A stretch of DNA of 64,000 nucleotides, from contig OY771587.1 of assembly GCA_963674825.1 (NCBI GenBank), positions 3,584,001 through 3,648,000 on the forward strand, in the 5' to 3' direction. The stretch's first letter is position 1; each line of letters starts with the position of its first letter. The notes below the pieces were generated by a model, which was not told the DNA's origin, made no database searches, and worked only from the letters and a program-made list of their open reading frames with translations. Of the stretch, positions 39,124 to 48,738 are shown piece by piece. The position numbers and the translations under genes were made by a program. This stretch comes from Candidatus Cloacimonadales bacterium (GTDB lineage: Bacteria; Cloacimonadota; Cloacimonadia; Cloacimonadales; JAIOQZ01).

Positions 39124-39459
39124 ATGGATAAAATAGTCGGATACGATGCTGTAGTTCTCCTGACTCAGAACATATTATTCTACCTTGCGGTATTAGCGAT
39201 GCTGATACTTGTGTGTCTCGTATTGGACAAAACGTTCAGCTTGTTACGATCTTATATTAAAAATCGAAATCAGGAAGATCACGGTCCCAATGGCGATATG
39301 GCCAACAAACTACGCATCGTAGGCGCAGTTAGCAATGTTTCGTTGAATATCGATTGCTCAAAAACGTTTATGATTACTTGTCTCGATGGGAAGATCGAAA
39401 TTATATCTTCTTCTTCTGGAGCGAAACAGGTTTCTGGACAAACTCCTAAAGAAAATTAG
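39124..39459 (+). CDS. Small single-TM hypothetical protein
   Basis: AGGAGG RBS, N-terminal hydrophobic helix. Confidence 0.6.
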   Translation: MDKIVGYDAVVLLTQNILFYLAVLAMLILVCLVLDKTFSLLRSYIKNRNQEDHGPNGDMANKLRIVGAVSNVSLNIDCSKTFMITCLDGKIEIISSSSGAKQVSGQTPKEN

Positions 39460-39585
39460 CGAAAAGGACTATATGGTTTATTGGTAAAACAATTTAGTCT
39501 TAATAGCTTGCATAGCAAGGGAGGACAATAGCCTAAAAGCAGTGTTTTGATTTCTGATTGAATCGCAGCTGCATTTTCTATCAGC

Positions 39586-39776
39586 CTCTTCCCTACCTCT
39601 CCAATCACCAATAATACACAACAATGCACAGACATTCACAGGGTGTTTGTCAGTCATTTGTCAGTCGTGCTGATTTGCATGGGGGCTTTCTTGCTATGAA
39701 TGTGTAAGTTACGAAAAACGCTGTTTGGCTTCTAAGGAAAAGGTCGCACGTTCGAGTCGTGCCGGGGGCGCCACTT
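39586..39776. repeat. Right att arm copy 2 plus tRNA-Arg 3' duplication (attR)
   Basis: Arm homologous to 22932-23081, followed by an exact 45-bp copy of the tRNA 3' end. Confidence 0.9.
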
Positions 39777-39972
39777 TTTTTATCGTCCCTATTTACAGCA
39801 ACTTACACCACACACAGGTTAAAAATCCTTTGATTGCCAGATTTATGCAGCATTTCACAATGATTTTGTCAGTCAAGCGTCAGTCAGATGTCAGTTGACC
39901 GATAATAGAAACGCAGTCCCCTCCCCGTTGTGGATTGCTGTGACTGATAAAACTATTAGTCACCGGTGAAGA

Positions 39973-40857
39973 ATGAGCAAGATCGATGAGGAACTCAAAA
40001 AGCTGAAGATGAGGAACGAAGGCAAGCGGATCAAGCTACGTTACCAGCGCAACACAAAGACCGGATCCATCAGCATGTACCTGGACCTGTCCGATCAACA
40101 GCGCAGTCGGGAATTCTTGCGGATCATCCTGCAAGGCAAGGATGAGACCTTCAAGGCCGACAAGGAAAAGCTGAAACTCGCCATCAACATGCGTGATCAG
40201 CGCGAAAACGAATTCCTCTCCAGCAAGACCGGCTTTCAACTGGATAACCAGCGCGTCGATTTCCTCACCTACTTCAGAATGCTTTCGGAGCACCCCGGCA
40301 AGCACGAAAGCTACAAGCACAGTTTCATGAAATTCCAGCAGTTCTGCAAGGGCAAGGTGGTTTACTTCGACCAGATCGACCGCCGGTACTGCGAGCAGTT
40401 TGCCGATTTCCTCATCAACGACGACATCAAATCATCCACTGCGAACCTCTATTTCAAGAAGTTCGTGGCGACGCTCAACCACGCCATCAAGAACGAGATC
40501 ATCGATATCCCGCTGTGGGACGACGAGAAAACACGCGCCTTCATCACATCCCGCATCGAGGATATCCGGCAGGCGATGCAGTTCCCGGATGATTTCATCC
40601 CGCCATGCAACGCCACCGAACGCTGGCAGTCCGAGTCGCAATATGCCGTCTATAAGACCGATGGTAAACGTGCTCTGCGCGTATTCCCGACCATGCAGGA
40701 AGCGGAGGACTTCGTCCAGAGTCATAAAGACGCCGACAATCTTTCTATCGTCACCCGCGAGGACACCCCAAAGCGTTGTATGAACTACTGCGCCGTCAAT
40801 CAGTTCTGCCACTATTACCGCGACGTTCTCGCCCTACCCATCCACAATACCGCATAG
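39973..40857 (+). pseudogene. Chimeric ORF: tyrosine-integrase N-terminal arm/SAM-like domains fused to the C-terminus of a phage-type Cys-containing protein
   Basis: SISMYLDL...REFLRI, VDFLTYF, FDQID, SSTANLYFKKFVATLNHAIK; no R-H-R-Y catalytic domain; tail PKRCMNYCAVNQFC; junction at about 40500. Confidence 0.75.
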
Positions 40858-40865
40858 GAGGAAAC

Positions 40866-40973
40866 ATGCGAATCCCCAAAGAAGTCATTTCCATCGCTCT
40901 GGAAGCCGTAAAGATGATAATCGATGCCGTGAATGGCAAGAAGGATGAGAAGGCGGCGAAACAGAAATCGTAG
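40866..40973 (+). CDS. 35-aa small protein
   Basis: AGGAGG RBS, MRIPKEVISIALEAVKMIIDAVNGKK. Confidence 0.45.
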   Translation: MRIPKEVISIALEAVKMIIDAVNGKKDEKAAKQKS

Positions 40974-40991
40974 CCAGATATAGAGATAGAA

Positions 40992-41021
40992 AACGGGAGA
41001 GCTGTAAATGGCTCTCCCGTT
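40992..41021. terminator. Intrinsic terminator-like hairpin between convergent genes
   Basis: AACGGGAGAGC-N8-GCTCTCCCGTT. Confidence 0.7.
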
Positions 41022-41113
41022 ATTGCTTGACCTATTGATATTCCGCTAACATAATCCCGATGAATCGGGATTACAACGCTCATGATTTCGTTTTGACTTC
41101 GTCAAAGCCGAAA

Positions 41114-43462
41114 TTATTTCATCATCATCATCTTGCGATACAACGTCTTGCCGGAGTAGCTCATCCGGCAAATATAGACACCACTGCTGACGGTTGTTTG
41201 TCGATTATTGCGTCCGTCCCACACGATTTCGTGATCCCCGGCTTGATAGGTGATGCCGCCGAGGTCGCGTATCTTTTGACCGCGCATGTTGTAGATTGCG
41301 ATCTTGACGGTAGAGGTTGTTGGTATTGTGAAGCGGATGGTGGTACTCGGATTGAACGGATTCGGGTAGTTTGTCAATCCTGATTCGTATGGTGGGATAT
41401 CTTCTTCGGCGACAGGATAGGGATCGTACTCGTAGCACCCTATATCGATACGGGCGGTGCCGTCCTGATTTCCGTCTATGACGCGGTCGTGATAGATTAG
41501 GTCGTAGATGGGGAGATACATCCCAGTCGTATCCGCTCTACCTGCATCAATGCTGAAATCGCCTTCCGGTAAACGATAGGGAAACAAGTCCTCGGGATTG
41601 TATTCTGCCCATTCAGGTGGTTCGTTGATGTTACCTTCGCCCCAGACAACTTCGTAATTCAGCGGGTCGGGATTCCAGACTCCGTAAAAACCTTCCCGAA
41701 CATTACTATGATCGATCGTCAATACCGTTTGAATCGGATCGGTTGTCCAGGAGGGCAACGTGATTTGATATGGCGTAGGATTATCGAAGATACAATTAGC
41801 GATATTCACCTCAGAGCCCTCAACGTTCAAAGTCGAAACCTCGGCTTCATTGTTTACAAACATACAGTTGTAAACGTCCGCACCACCTCGAGCTTGAAGC
41901 AGTACAGTTTTATCATTCGCGTCGATATTATTGTAGATCAGATTATTACGAAAGGTGAGATGCGGTTCCAGTCCTTCCCAGCTTTCAATACATATCGAAT
42001 AGCTTCCCCATTGGGCTTGCGTGGTTCCATAGCCAAACGTACAGTTTTCCACCAATGCATCTCCGTGCATACCGATTGCCAAATGAGACGTGCCAACATC
42101 GTATTCACCAGCTCCTGTCGAATGATTATCGAGAAAGCGGCAATTACGGATAATAGTCGTCTCTGCGGAAATATATGCGCCAGCAACATCATGAGCATAA
42201 TTATTTTGGATCACAGAATTCTCTAACACGAGCTTACCGACGTTGTAGTAGCCAATTGCACCTGTGTAATTTCCATTAGCACCAGTCAGTATGAGATCAC
42301 TACAAACAGTTGTTGAACAATTGAAATTCGCTACCAGCATCTCAGGAAATTGATCGTTGATCATCTTGAATCCGGATGCATAAATCTCATTCGCATAAAT
42401 TTCATTGCTTATAAAATCCATATCGTGATCATTGTATAGAGTCACTGTCTCACTGCTTTCACCCACCAGACGACAATAATCCTTTTGTACAATCGGAAGA
42501 ATCAGATTGGTAAGTTCCCTGCTATATTCACCGGCAGCAACATGTATTGTTTTAGGATTCAGGCTGTCGGAGGCAACTCTCCTCATCGCCCAGGAAATAT
42601 TCTGCAGCGGTTCATCCGGCGAGAGACCACTGTTATTATCATCTCCATTCGGAGCAACATACAGATCGTGATTCACTTCCTCCATCCAGCCGTGTAACAC
42701 ATCGTGGGTCAACTCTCCATTATCATCAAGCTGATGAAAGAAGTAGGAGAAATATTTGGTGGGAGGATTTACGGTGAATGTATCAACAATGACATGCACA
42801 TCGCTACCTGCATCCGCTATCCTGATATCACATTGGATTCCACCGTTATTGTTGTAAATGTTGCAACGATTTGTGCTATTAAATAACAAGTTTGCGTGAT
42901 AATGAGCTAATACTCCCCCTCCAATATTGGCCTGATTACTGTGAATCGAAACACCAGAGAGTAATACATTAGCTTGCGTGATATAAATTCCACCGCCAGA
43001 ATATGCTATGTTGTGTGTAACGCGGCAATTACTTACTTCTACTTCAATAATCGGTTCAATATTGTAATTAGTGCATATAAACACTCCTCCCCCAGAGAAA
43101 TTTCCACTGAAATAGTTACCGCTTCCATTTGTGATCGTGAAACCTTGTATTTTGGCATTTTGCTCATGGTCATTGATAATAAAGCAGCTCCCTGTCTGAT
43201 TCCCATTCACTATTGTCGTGCCAATATAGCCTTCATCCCCTGTAGTGAGTTCCAGGCTGGCAATCGTGATACAATGTCCGTTGAAGTTGACGTTCTCGTA
43301 GTATGTCCCGGGCCATACCAGTACAGTATCGCCATCCGCAGATGCGTTGACGGCAGATTGGATGGTTGTCCAGTCACCGGTTCCGTCCTGCTTGACGGTA
43401 AGAGTAGTTGCGAATAGAGTTATCGCTGCTGTGATAAGGATCAAGGATATCAGGTATTTCAT
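41114..43462 (-). CDS. Secreted right-handed beta-helix (pectin-lyase-like/DUF1565) protein with FlgD-Ig/T9SS-type tail
   Basis: Signal peptide, TIQSAVNASADGDTVLVWPGTYYEN, GGG repeats, LYVAPNGDDNNSG, DIGCYE, NYPNPFNP. Confidence 0.85.
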   Translation of the reverse strand: MKYLISLILITAAITLFATTLTVKQDGTGDWTTIQSAVNASADGDTVLVWPGTYYENVNFNGHCITIASLELTTGDEGYIGTTIVNGNQTGSCFIINDHEQNAKIQGFTITNGSGNYFSGNFSGGGVFICTNYNIEPIIEVEVSNCRVTHNIAYSGGGIYITQANVLLSGVSIHSNQANIGGGVLAHYHANLLFNSTNRCNIYNNNGGIQCDIRIADAGSDVHVIVDTFTVNPPTKYFSYFFHQLDDNGELTHDVLHGWMEEVNHDLYVAPNGDDNNSGLSPDEPLQNISWAMRRVASDSLNPKTIHVAAGEYSRELTNLILPIVQKDYCRLVGESSETVTLYNDHDMDFISNEIYANEIYASGFKMINDQFPEMLVANFNCSTTVCSDLILTGANGNYTGAIGYYNVGKLVLENSVIQNNYAHDVAGAYISAETTIIRNCRFLDNHSTGAGEYDVGTSHLAIGMHGDALVENCTFGYGTTQAQWGSYSICIESWEGLEPHLTFRNNLIYNNIDANDKTVLLQARGGADVYNCMFVNNEAEVSTLNVEGSEVNIANCIFDNPTPYQITLPSWTTDPIQTVLTIDHSNVREGFYGVWNPDPLNYEVVWGEGNINEPPEWAEYNPEDLFPYRLPEGDFSIDAGRADTTGMYLPIYDLIYHDRVIDGNQDGTARIDIGCYEYDPYPVAEEDIPPYESGLTNYPNPFNPSTTIRFTIPTTSTVKIAIYNMRGQKIRDLGGITYQAGDHEIVWDGRNNRQTTVSSGVYICRMSYSGKTLYRKMMMMK

Positions 43463-43480
43463 ATTGGCTCCGGGTCTCAA

Positions 43481-43593
43481 CCCCTCCCTAACCCTCCCCT
43501 AAATAGGGGAGGGAATTTGGGAGAAGCAATATTCGTTTTCACCTATCGCCTTTCCCCTTTTCCTTCGACTTCGCTCAGGATGACAGGGAAAGG
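43481..43593. repeat. REP-like palindromic elements
   Basis: CCCTCCCCTAAATAGGGGAGGG hairpin; CCTTCGACTTCGCTCAGGATGACA also present near 57464. Confidence 0.6.
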
Positions 43594-43605
43594 TCGGGAT
43601 AGGGA

Positions 43606-46600
43606 TTACTTAATCATCATCATCTTCTTCACGAACGATTTATCCGACGTTTTCATACGATAGAAGTAGATTCCACTGGAAGCTTGCTTGCCATAAGAAT
43701 CTTTTCCATCCCAAACGACTTCATGGAATCCGGCTGTCAAGTTTGCATTGATCAGCTGACGGACTTTTTGTCCCTTAAGATTATAGACCGCAATCTCAAC
43801 CGGCCCGTCCTGATTGAGGGAGTACTTGATCGTCGTTGTCGGATTGAATGGGTTGGGGTAATTCTGATCCATTGCAGTCTCAGCAGGTATCATCTCTTCC
43901 GTATCCATCCCAAGATTGATGTAGTAATAGCTCTGGCGATCACTGAAATTCAGCCTGCTTCCTTCAAGCTTTCGCGTGACAGGATCGATAACGGCATAAT
44001 CTTTCACTGTTTTGCATGGCGCTCTGTCACCGTAATACAGCTCAATCTCAATGTCGTTCCCGGTCGTATCGCTGAGCACGTAGGCATTGATCTGAACCAG
44101 TGAATCGTCAACAACAGACGCGCCACAGCATTCTCCGTTGAGAAATACGGCAACCTCTTCCGGCATGGAGCGTCCCTCGCTCTCAAGTTCGACAAAGATG
44201 GACGCGTAATCTTCCTCTTTCTCGAAATCGTAATACTTCGTTTCCTTGTATCCATCATCACTTGGTACGATGTTATCGTCTCCCCAGATGAAATCGCAGT
44301 CCTGGTCGCAAACAACACGAACCATCTCGCCGTAATGAAGCGTTTTTTCCTTATCCGATTGCAACCAGCTTCCATCCGGTAGTTTGTACATTGCCCAACG
44401 TTCCGTCCGAATTTCTGTCAGATGATCGATTACGGGATCGAAAGCATTGAATACTTCCATCTCTTCCTCGAGGAAGTATCCAATCCAGTTCTCCGGATTA
44501 TTTACATTATTTTCTTCCAGATAGATACGCGTATTGGTCGGTGCCAGAAAACCGGAGCACTCAAGCGGATACGTCGAACCGTAGTCCTCGTCCATGTTCA
44601 CGATATAGCCTTGAGCGTATGTGACTTCATGGTCCAGATTTATCCAGGCACCATTGATATATTGAATCCAGCGATCCGCCGTAACACCAAACTTGATATT
44701 CTCGATTACCCGTGGTTGACCGGTGATCATATCACCGAAATAATCTTCAGCAACGTTATAGCCGGTTGTGCGCATGTCAACCACAGGGAAACATACCCAG
44801 TGAGAGTAATCCTTGCATTGCCCAAGGAATCCCTTGATTTCGGTCTGATGCGATTCAGCCGGTACCGCACCGATGTCCGGGCGTGTGCCGTCGGCATCCT
44901 TCTGTCCACCTTCGTCGTACCAGTAGGTGCCGTTCGCGTAAGGATCGCCAGCGTCGATTACAGGAGAACGGGAGGAAGATGTCCAGATGGGGGTGAAGTT
45001 ATCGTCGAGCTGGGGGTCGGTGCCCAGTATGCAATGACTACCATTGAAGGAATAAACCTCTCGATCAACTCCATAGTACAGATTGTAATCTGAATATTTT
45101 GTCGAATTTCCTTGAGAAGGAATATGGATATCTTCTCCGGTTGATCCTGTTTCAGACGAGTAGAATATGTTATTCATCATCCGATATTGCGAGTTTGGAT
45201 CGTCTTGTTGGTCTGTAATCGCAATAGAAGCCTCAATATCATCATTCATGATGAATGTGTTGTTAAGGAGGCTCATATTTACTGATGCAGTGCTGATTTC
45301 CAGCTCGATATTTTTATCATTGTAAAGCTGATAATCAACGCTATTATCAAAATCATCGTTATTGATAAAGATGTTATCCGACACATCGAAGTTGAAGTCA
45401 TTGTGATAACTAGTGCCCTGGATTCGAAGTTGAGCGCCAAGGCTTGCATCGTCCGGATCACCGTTATTTACTATAACATTACCTGTTACAGTTACATACT
45501 GGTATTGAGCTATTAAAATGGATGGTTTCCCATAAATCATGTTGAATCCCCAAACGGTATTCCTCTCGACCCGATTATTGATGAAATTGAACTCGTCCGT
45601 AACCGGCTGGTCACCCCAGAAAACAGGGGCGATTTCATTTGCTTGATTCTCGAAAAACACACAATCTTCAATCAAGATGTCGTTATCGTGGAACCGTGAG
45701 TTACTCGATGAGTTCGCAATAATCGCCGCGCCAAAACCATAATAATCCAGGTGTGAATAATTATGCGTGAAGGTTGAGCCGACTACATGAATTGGATAAG
45801 ATGTATACAGCGCTTGACTGCACTCATCAAAAACACAGTTCTCTATTGTTACTGGAATTGCTTCCGTTGATGTGTTAATGCTGTGACCTATGCGAATTCC
45901 CGATTCTCCAGGTCCTGAGAACGTGATGTTCTTGATACTCAGGCTTGAATATTCCTTGCAAACATTGATATTGAACTTTCCTTCGATAACGACATTGTCA
46001 GGATTTAGTCCCATTATTGTCATGTCCTGAAGAAAGGACGAGTTAATGTCAACATCCTCATCATAGGTACCTTCGTCAATTACGATCCGTCTTACTCCAC
46101 TATAGTAATAGTGAGCATAATTTACAGCTTCCTGAATGGAACGGAATGCATCAACTTCAGGATCTTGAGATACGATTGCATTTTCACTTGTTGCAATATC
46201 GAAGGATAAAAGCTCATCAAACTCGTAATCCATGGCATTATATGGCATGCTTACGGTTGTAGCAGATGTATCTCCATTAAATGAAAATCCATAAGTACAA
46301 TCCTGAACTATTCTGTTTGGTATTTCAAAATACCCAGATTCAGAAACAGCAATCTCGCCCATAGCTTGCCCATTCACGGTATACGATAAAGTTGGAAAAG
46401 CATTTGTGTAACCGCTGATCGTGTTCAGAACACGGTACTCGTCATTATCCATCCAATTGTCGATATCTTCGACAGCATTGGGATTGAAAAAGGCGTGAGC
46501 ATATGACACATAAGATTCCGTACCTTGTTGTGGATAGTCTTCTACATATATTTCGTCGAACATGCTTTCAGCAATTAGTTCTGAATGGCTGGATGTGATC

Positions 46601-47862
46601 TCGCTGTAATCTGTCATCTCTCCACCCAGATGTAGAGATGATCGGGTGGGGATGAAAACAGGACTATAATAGTAGTCAATAGTTATTATCGGATATGTTA
46701 CACCTGGAATCTCAATTTCCATTGTCTCAAAACTTTTAAAACAGCGAAGTAAAGAACCGATCAAATCCGGTGCGGTTGGGTATATTGAGTCATTTTCAAA
46801 AGGGAGTACGGATCCTGGTTGTTTATCTGCTTGATCGTAGCCTGCTCCTGTTATTGGGTAAACTTGATCGAAATCATGTTGGCTATGATTGCACCAGAGT
46901 GTCCCAAAAATAACTCCGCATTCGGGGCAATAAATGCCAAGATAGGGAACAACATGGCTTATTTCAAAGATCAGACTTTCATTGTTCACATTCCCGCTGA
47001 CAGACAAGCAGCCATTTGACACAGCTACATTATGAATTCTATTTTGGTAATGCGGGTACCCATCCCCATTCAAGATTGTTATGTTGGGAGAGGTTATATC
47101 GGAATTGAGTTCGGCATATACTTCAGCATGATCGCTATTTATTATTGAGAAATCATGTGTGGCTTGCCAGTTATCGATCATCAGTTGCTTAGCGGCCATT
47201 GATCCGAGCTCATCATTTGCCTCTTGAATATCCGGGCTCCAACTTTTATGATTATCTACCCATACCTGGAAATTTCTGCTGATTATTGCTCCCCTCTGCG
47301 GAGAATCATATGAAATGAACATTTTCGTGAAATGGTCTACATAGTGCTCCTCGGCATATGCAAGGGCATATCTCGTTAGCACACCACCCATCGAAATACC
47401 GCAAACCGTTATTCCTTCAGACATGTCATAATGATTGGAGATGAACCTTAAAGCACCGAGCACAACCATCGAGTTTTCCCGTAAATCAGCTCCACCATCA
47501 TTGAAATTGAGGAAGTAGAAATCGCTTTCTGAAGTGATCAAGTCTTCGAAGAATGCTGGAGCAAGATCGGTATAATCCTGTACGTTACTTTCGTTGCCTG
47601 GATCGAAACCTTCAACAACCAGCATCGGGCGTTTAATCATTAATGCAGCACCAGGAAAAGAATATAACGTGTTCCCCTGTGAGTTATCATATACATTGGC
47701 ATTATACGTTGTTCCTTGAATCTCAATCGAATACGAGTCGGTTGATAGCTCGAAGTCTTCCTGAGCCTGATACGTCTTATCCGGTGGAAAATCGTATGAC
47801 GATAACAGGGAAATCGCGATACAAGAAATCGCTACGAGTGATATGAGTGTTTTTGCTTTCAT
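43606..47862 (-). CDS. Large secreted protein: alpha/beta-hydrolase N-terminus, beta-helix, FlgD-Ig/T9SS-type tail
   Basis: VEGFDP, GISMGG nucleophile elbow, YDSPQRGA, SIQEAVN, SPVIDAGDP, NYPNPFNP; AAGGAG RBS before MKAKTL. Confidence 0.85.
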   Translation of the reverse strand: MKAKTLISLVAISCIAISLLSSYDFPPDKTYQAQEDFELSTDSYSIEIQGTTYNANVYDNSQGNTLYSFPGAALMIKRPMLVVEGFDPGNESNVQDYTDLAPAFFEDLITSESDFYFLNFNDGGADLRENSMVVLGALRFISNHYDMSEGITVCGISMGGVLTRYALAYAEEHYVDHFTKMFISYDSPQRGAIISRNFQVWVDNHKSWSPDIQEANDELGSMAAKQLMIDNWQATHDFSIINSDHAEVYAELNSDITSPNITILNGDGYPHYQNRIHNVAVSNGCLSVSGNVNNESLIFEISHVVPYLGIYCPECGVIFGTLWCNHSQHDFDQVYPITGAGYDQADKQPGSVLPFENDSIYPTAPDLIGSLLRCFKSFETMEIEIPGVTYPIITIDYYYSPVFIPTRSSLHLGGEMTDYSEITSSHSELIAESMFDEIYVEDYPQQGTESYVSYAHAFFNPNAVEDIDNWMDNDEYRVLNTISGYTNAFPTLSYTVNGQAMGEIAVSESGYFEIPNRIVQDCTYGFSFNGDTSATTVSMPYNAMDYEFDELLSFDIATSENAIVSQDPEVDAFRSIQEAVNYAHYYYSGVRRIVIDEGTYDEDVDINSSFLQDMTIMGLNPDNVVIEGKFNINVCKEYSSLSIKNITFSGPGESGIRIGHSINTSTEAIPVTIENCVFDECSQALYTSYPIHVVGSTFTHNYSHLDYYGFGAAIIANSSSNSRFHDNDILIEDCVFFENQANEIAPVFWGDQPVTDEFNFINNRVERNTVWGFNMIYGKPSILIAQYQYVTVTGNVIVNNGDPDDASLGAQLRIQGTSYHNDFNFDVSDNIFINNDDFDNSVDYQLYNDKNIELEISTASVNMSLLNNTFIMNDDIEASIAITDQQDDPNSQYRMMNNIFYSSETGSTGEDIHIPSQGNSTKYSDYNLYYGVDREVYSFNGSHCILGTDPQLDDNFTPIWTSSSRSPVIDAGDPYANGTYWYDEGGQKDADGTRPDIGAVPAESHQTEIKGFLGQCKDYSHWVCFPVVDMRTTGYNVAEDYFGDMITGQPRVIENIKFGVTADRWIQYINGAWINLDHEVTYAQGYIVNMDEDYGSTYPLECSGFLAPTNTRIYLEENNVNNPENWIGYFLEEEMEVFNAFDPVIDHLTEIRTERWAMYKLPDGSWLQSDKEKTLHYGEMVRVVCDQDCDFIWGDDNIVPSDDGYKETKYYDFEKEEDYASIFVELESEGRSMPEEVAVFLNGECCGASVVDDSLVQINAYVLSDTTGNDIEIELYYGDRAPCKTVKDYAVIDPVTRKLEGSRLNFSDRQSYYYINLGMDTEEMIPAETAMDQNYPNPFNPTTTIKYSLNQDGPVEIAVYNLKGQKVRQLINANLTAGFHEVVWDGKDSYGKQASSGIYFYRMKTSDKSFVKKMMMIK

Positions 47863-48379
47863 GATGAATCTCCTTAGTGCATTCTCTGTTTCATGACAAT
47901 TGTGTTTCCAGTCAACAGGATTATTCACGTCACCGTCCCTACATACCCTAGAATCCCTATATGCACATTTTGATCAACACGTAACCCTCCCTACATAGTG
48001 CTATGGTTGTCCTGAATCGTGTTCTGGAGGTCCCCTACAAAGGCTCCTGCTCTCCAATATTAAAGATCATTGTTAGTGCTTCAAGTCTCATTCGGCATGT
48101 ACAAACCATACTTTCTCGGTGGAATTAAGTCAAGATAATCATTGGAATGCTCTAAAAAAGAAAACGAATCACAAGAGCGGATATTTTGCTTCGTGTTATA
48201 TTTACCTGCTATAGATTAAAATCAACATGATTCACTATTCATTGGGTAAATTGGAACGAGGTACACCATGAACCACCCCGCAATTGCCATCCCCGATATC
48301 TTTCGTATTATCGACCGCAACGGCAGCGTTTACGACGTCGTATTGAAATACAACTACACCGTGCAGTCGGGAAGCTCCC

Positions 48380-48409
48380 GCACCTTCGAGTCGTGCCGGG
48401 GGCGCTACT
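48380..48409 (+). repeat. Degenerate copy of the tRNA-Arg 3' end
   Basis: GCACCTTCGAGTCGTGCCGGGGGCGCTACT, 28/30 identical to 14741-14770. Confidence 0.85.
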
Positions 48410-48508
48410 ATTGTATCTACCACATATACGGCAACGCCCACTCATCCACACCTTGTAATTCCAATGATTGATATATATAATGTATTGACTTGAAATAAGT
48501 TGGCCGGT

Positions 48509-48673
48509 AAACGCAGTTCTCTCCCCCATGCGGATAGCTGTAACTGATAAAAACTATTAGTCACAGGTAATGAATGAGCAAGATCGATGACGAACTCAGG
48601 AAGCTGAAGGTAAAGGACGAGGACTAGCGGATCAAGCTAGGCTACCAGCGCAACACAAAGACCGGATCCATCA
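48509..48673 (+). pseudogene. Second integrase remnant (upstream region plus the first ~33 codons)
   Basis: Homologous to 39909-40072; MSKIDDELRKLK... with a TAG at 48625. Confidence 0.85.
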
Positions 48674-48683
48674 AATAAAATGA

Positions 48684-48717
48684 AAACGGGAGAGCGCTTT
48701 CTTGCACTCTCCCGTTT
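48684..48717 (-). terminator. Intrinsic terminator
   Basis: AAACGGGAGAG...CTCTCCCGTTT just after the stop at 48739. Confidence 0.7.
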
Positions 48718-48738
48718 GTTATATAACTGTTTATCGTG

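Larger units (their letters stand above)
14727..39776. mobile_element. Composite genomic island (A+B) integrated at tRNA-Arg, bounded by a 45-bp direct repeat
   Basis: CTAAGGAAAAGGTCGCACGTTCGAGTCGTGCCGGGGGCGCCACTT is identical at 14727-14771 and 39732-39776; AT-richer cargo. Confidence 0.9.
39732..48409. mobile_element. Island C: decayed integrative element with truncated integrase and two secreted proteins
   Basis: Bounded by tRNA 3' copies at 39732 and 48380-48409; TGTCAG arm repeats at about 39867-39895. Confidence 0.7.

Noticed and set aside
39732..39776. Second and third tRNA genes (also 48380)
   Set aside because: Only 3' portions are present, with no D-arm or 5' acceptor strand
40500..40857. 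Functional Cas4 or intact integrase
   Set aside because: Only a Cys-rich tail is present, and the integrase lacks its catalytic domain
48268..48471. 67-aa ORF
   Set aside because: It runs through the tRNA remnant and has no recognisable motif; possibly a truncated fragment
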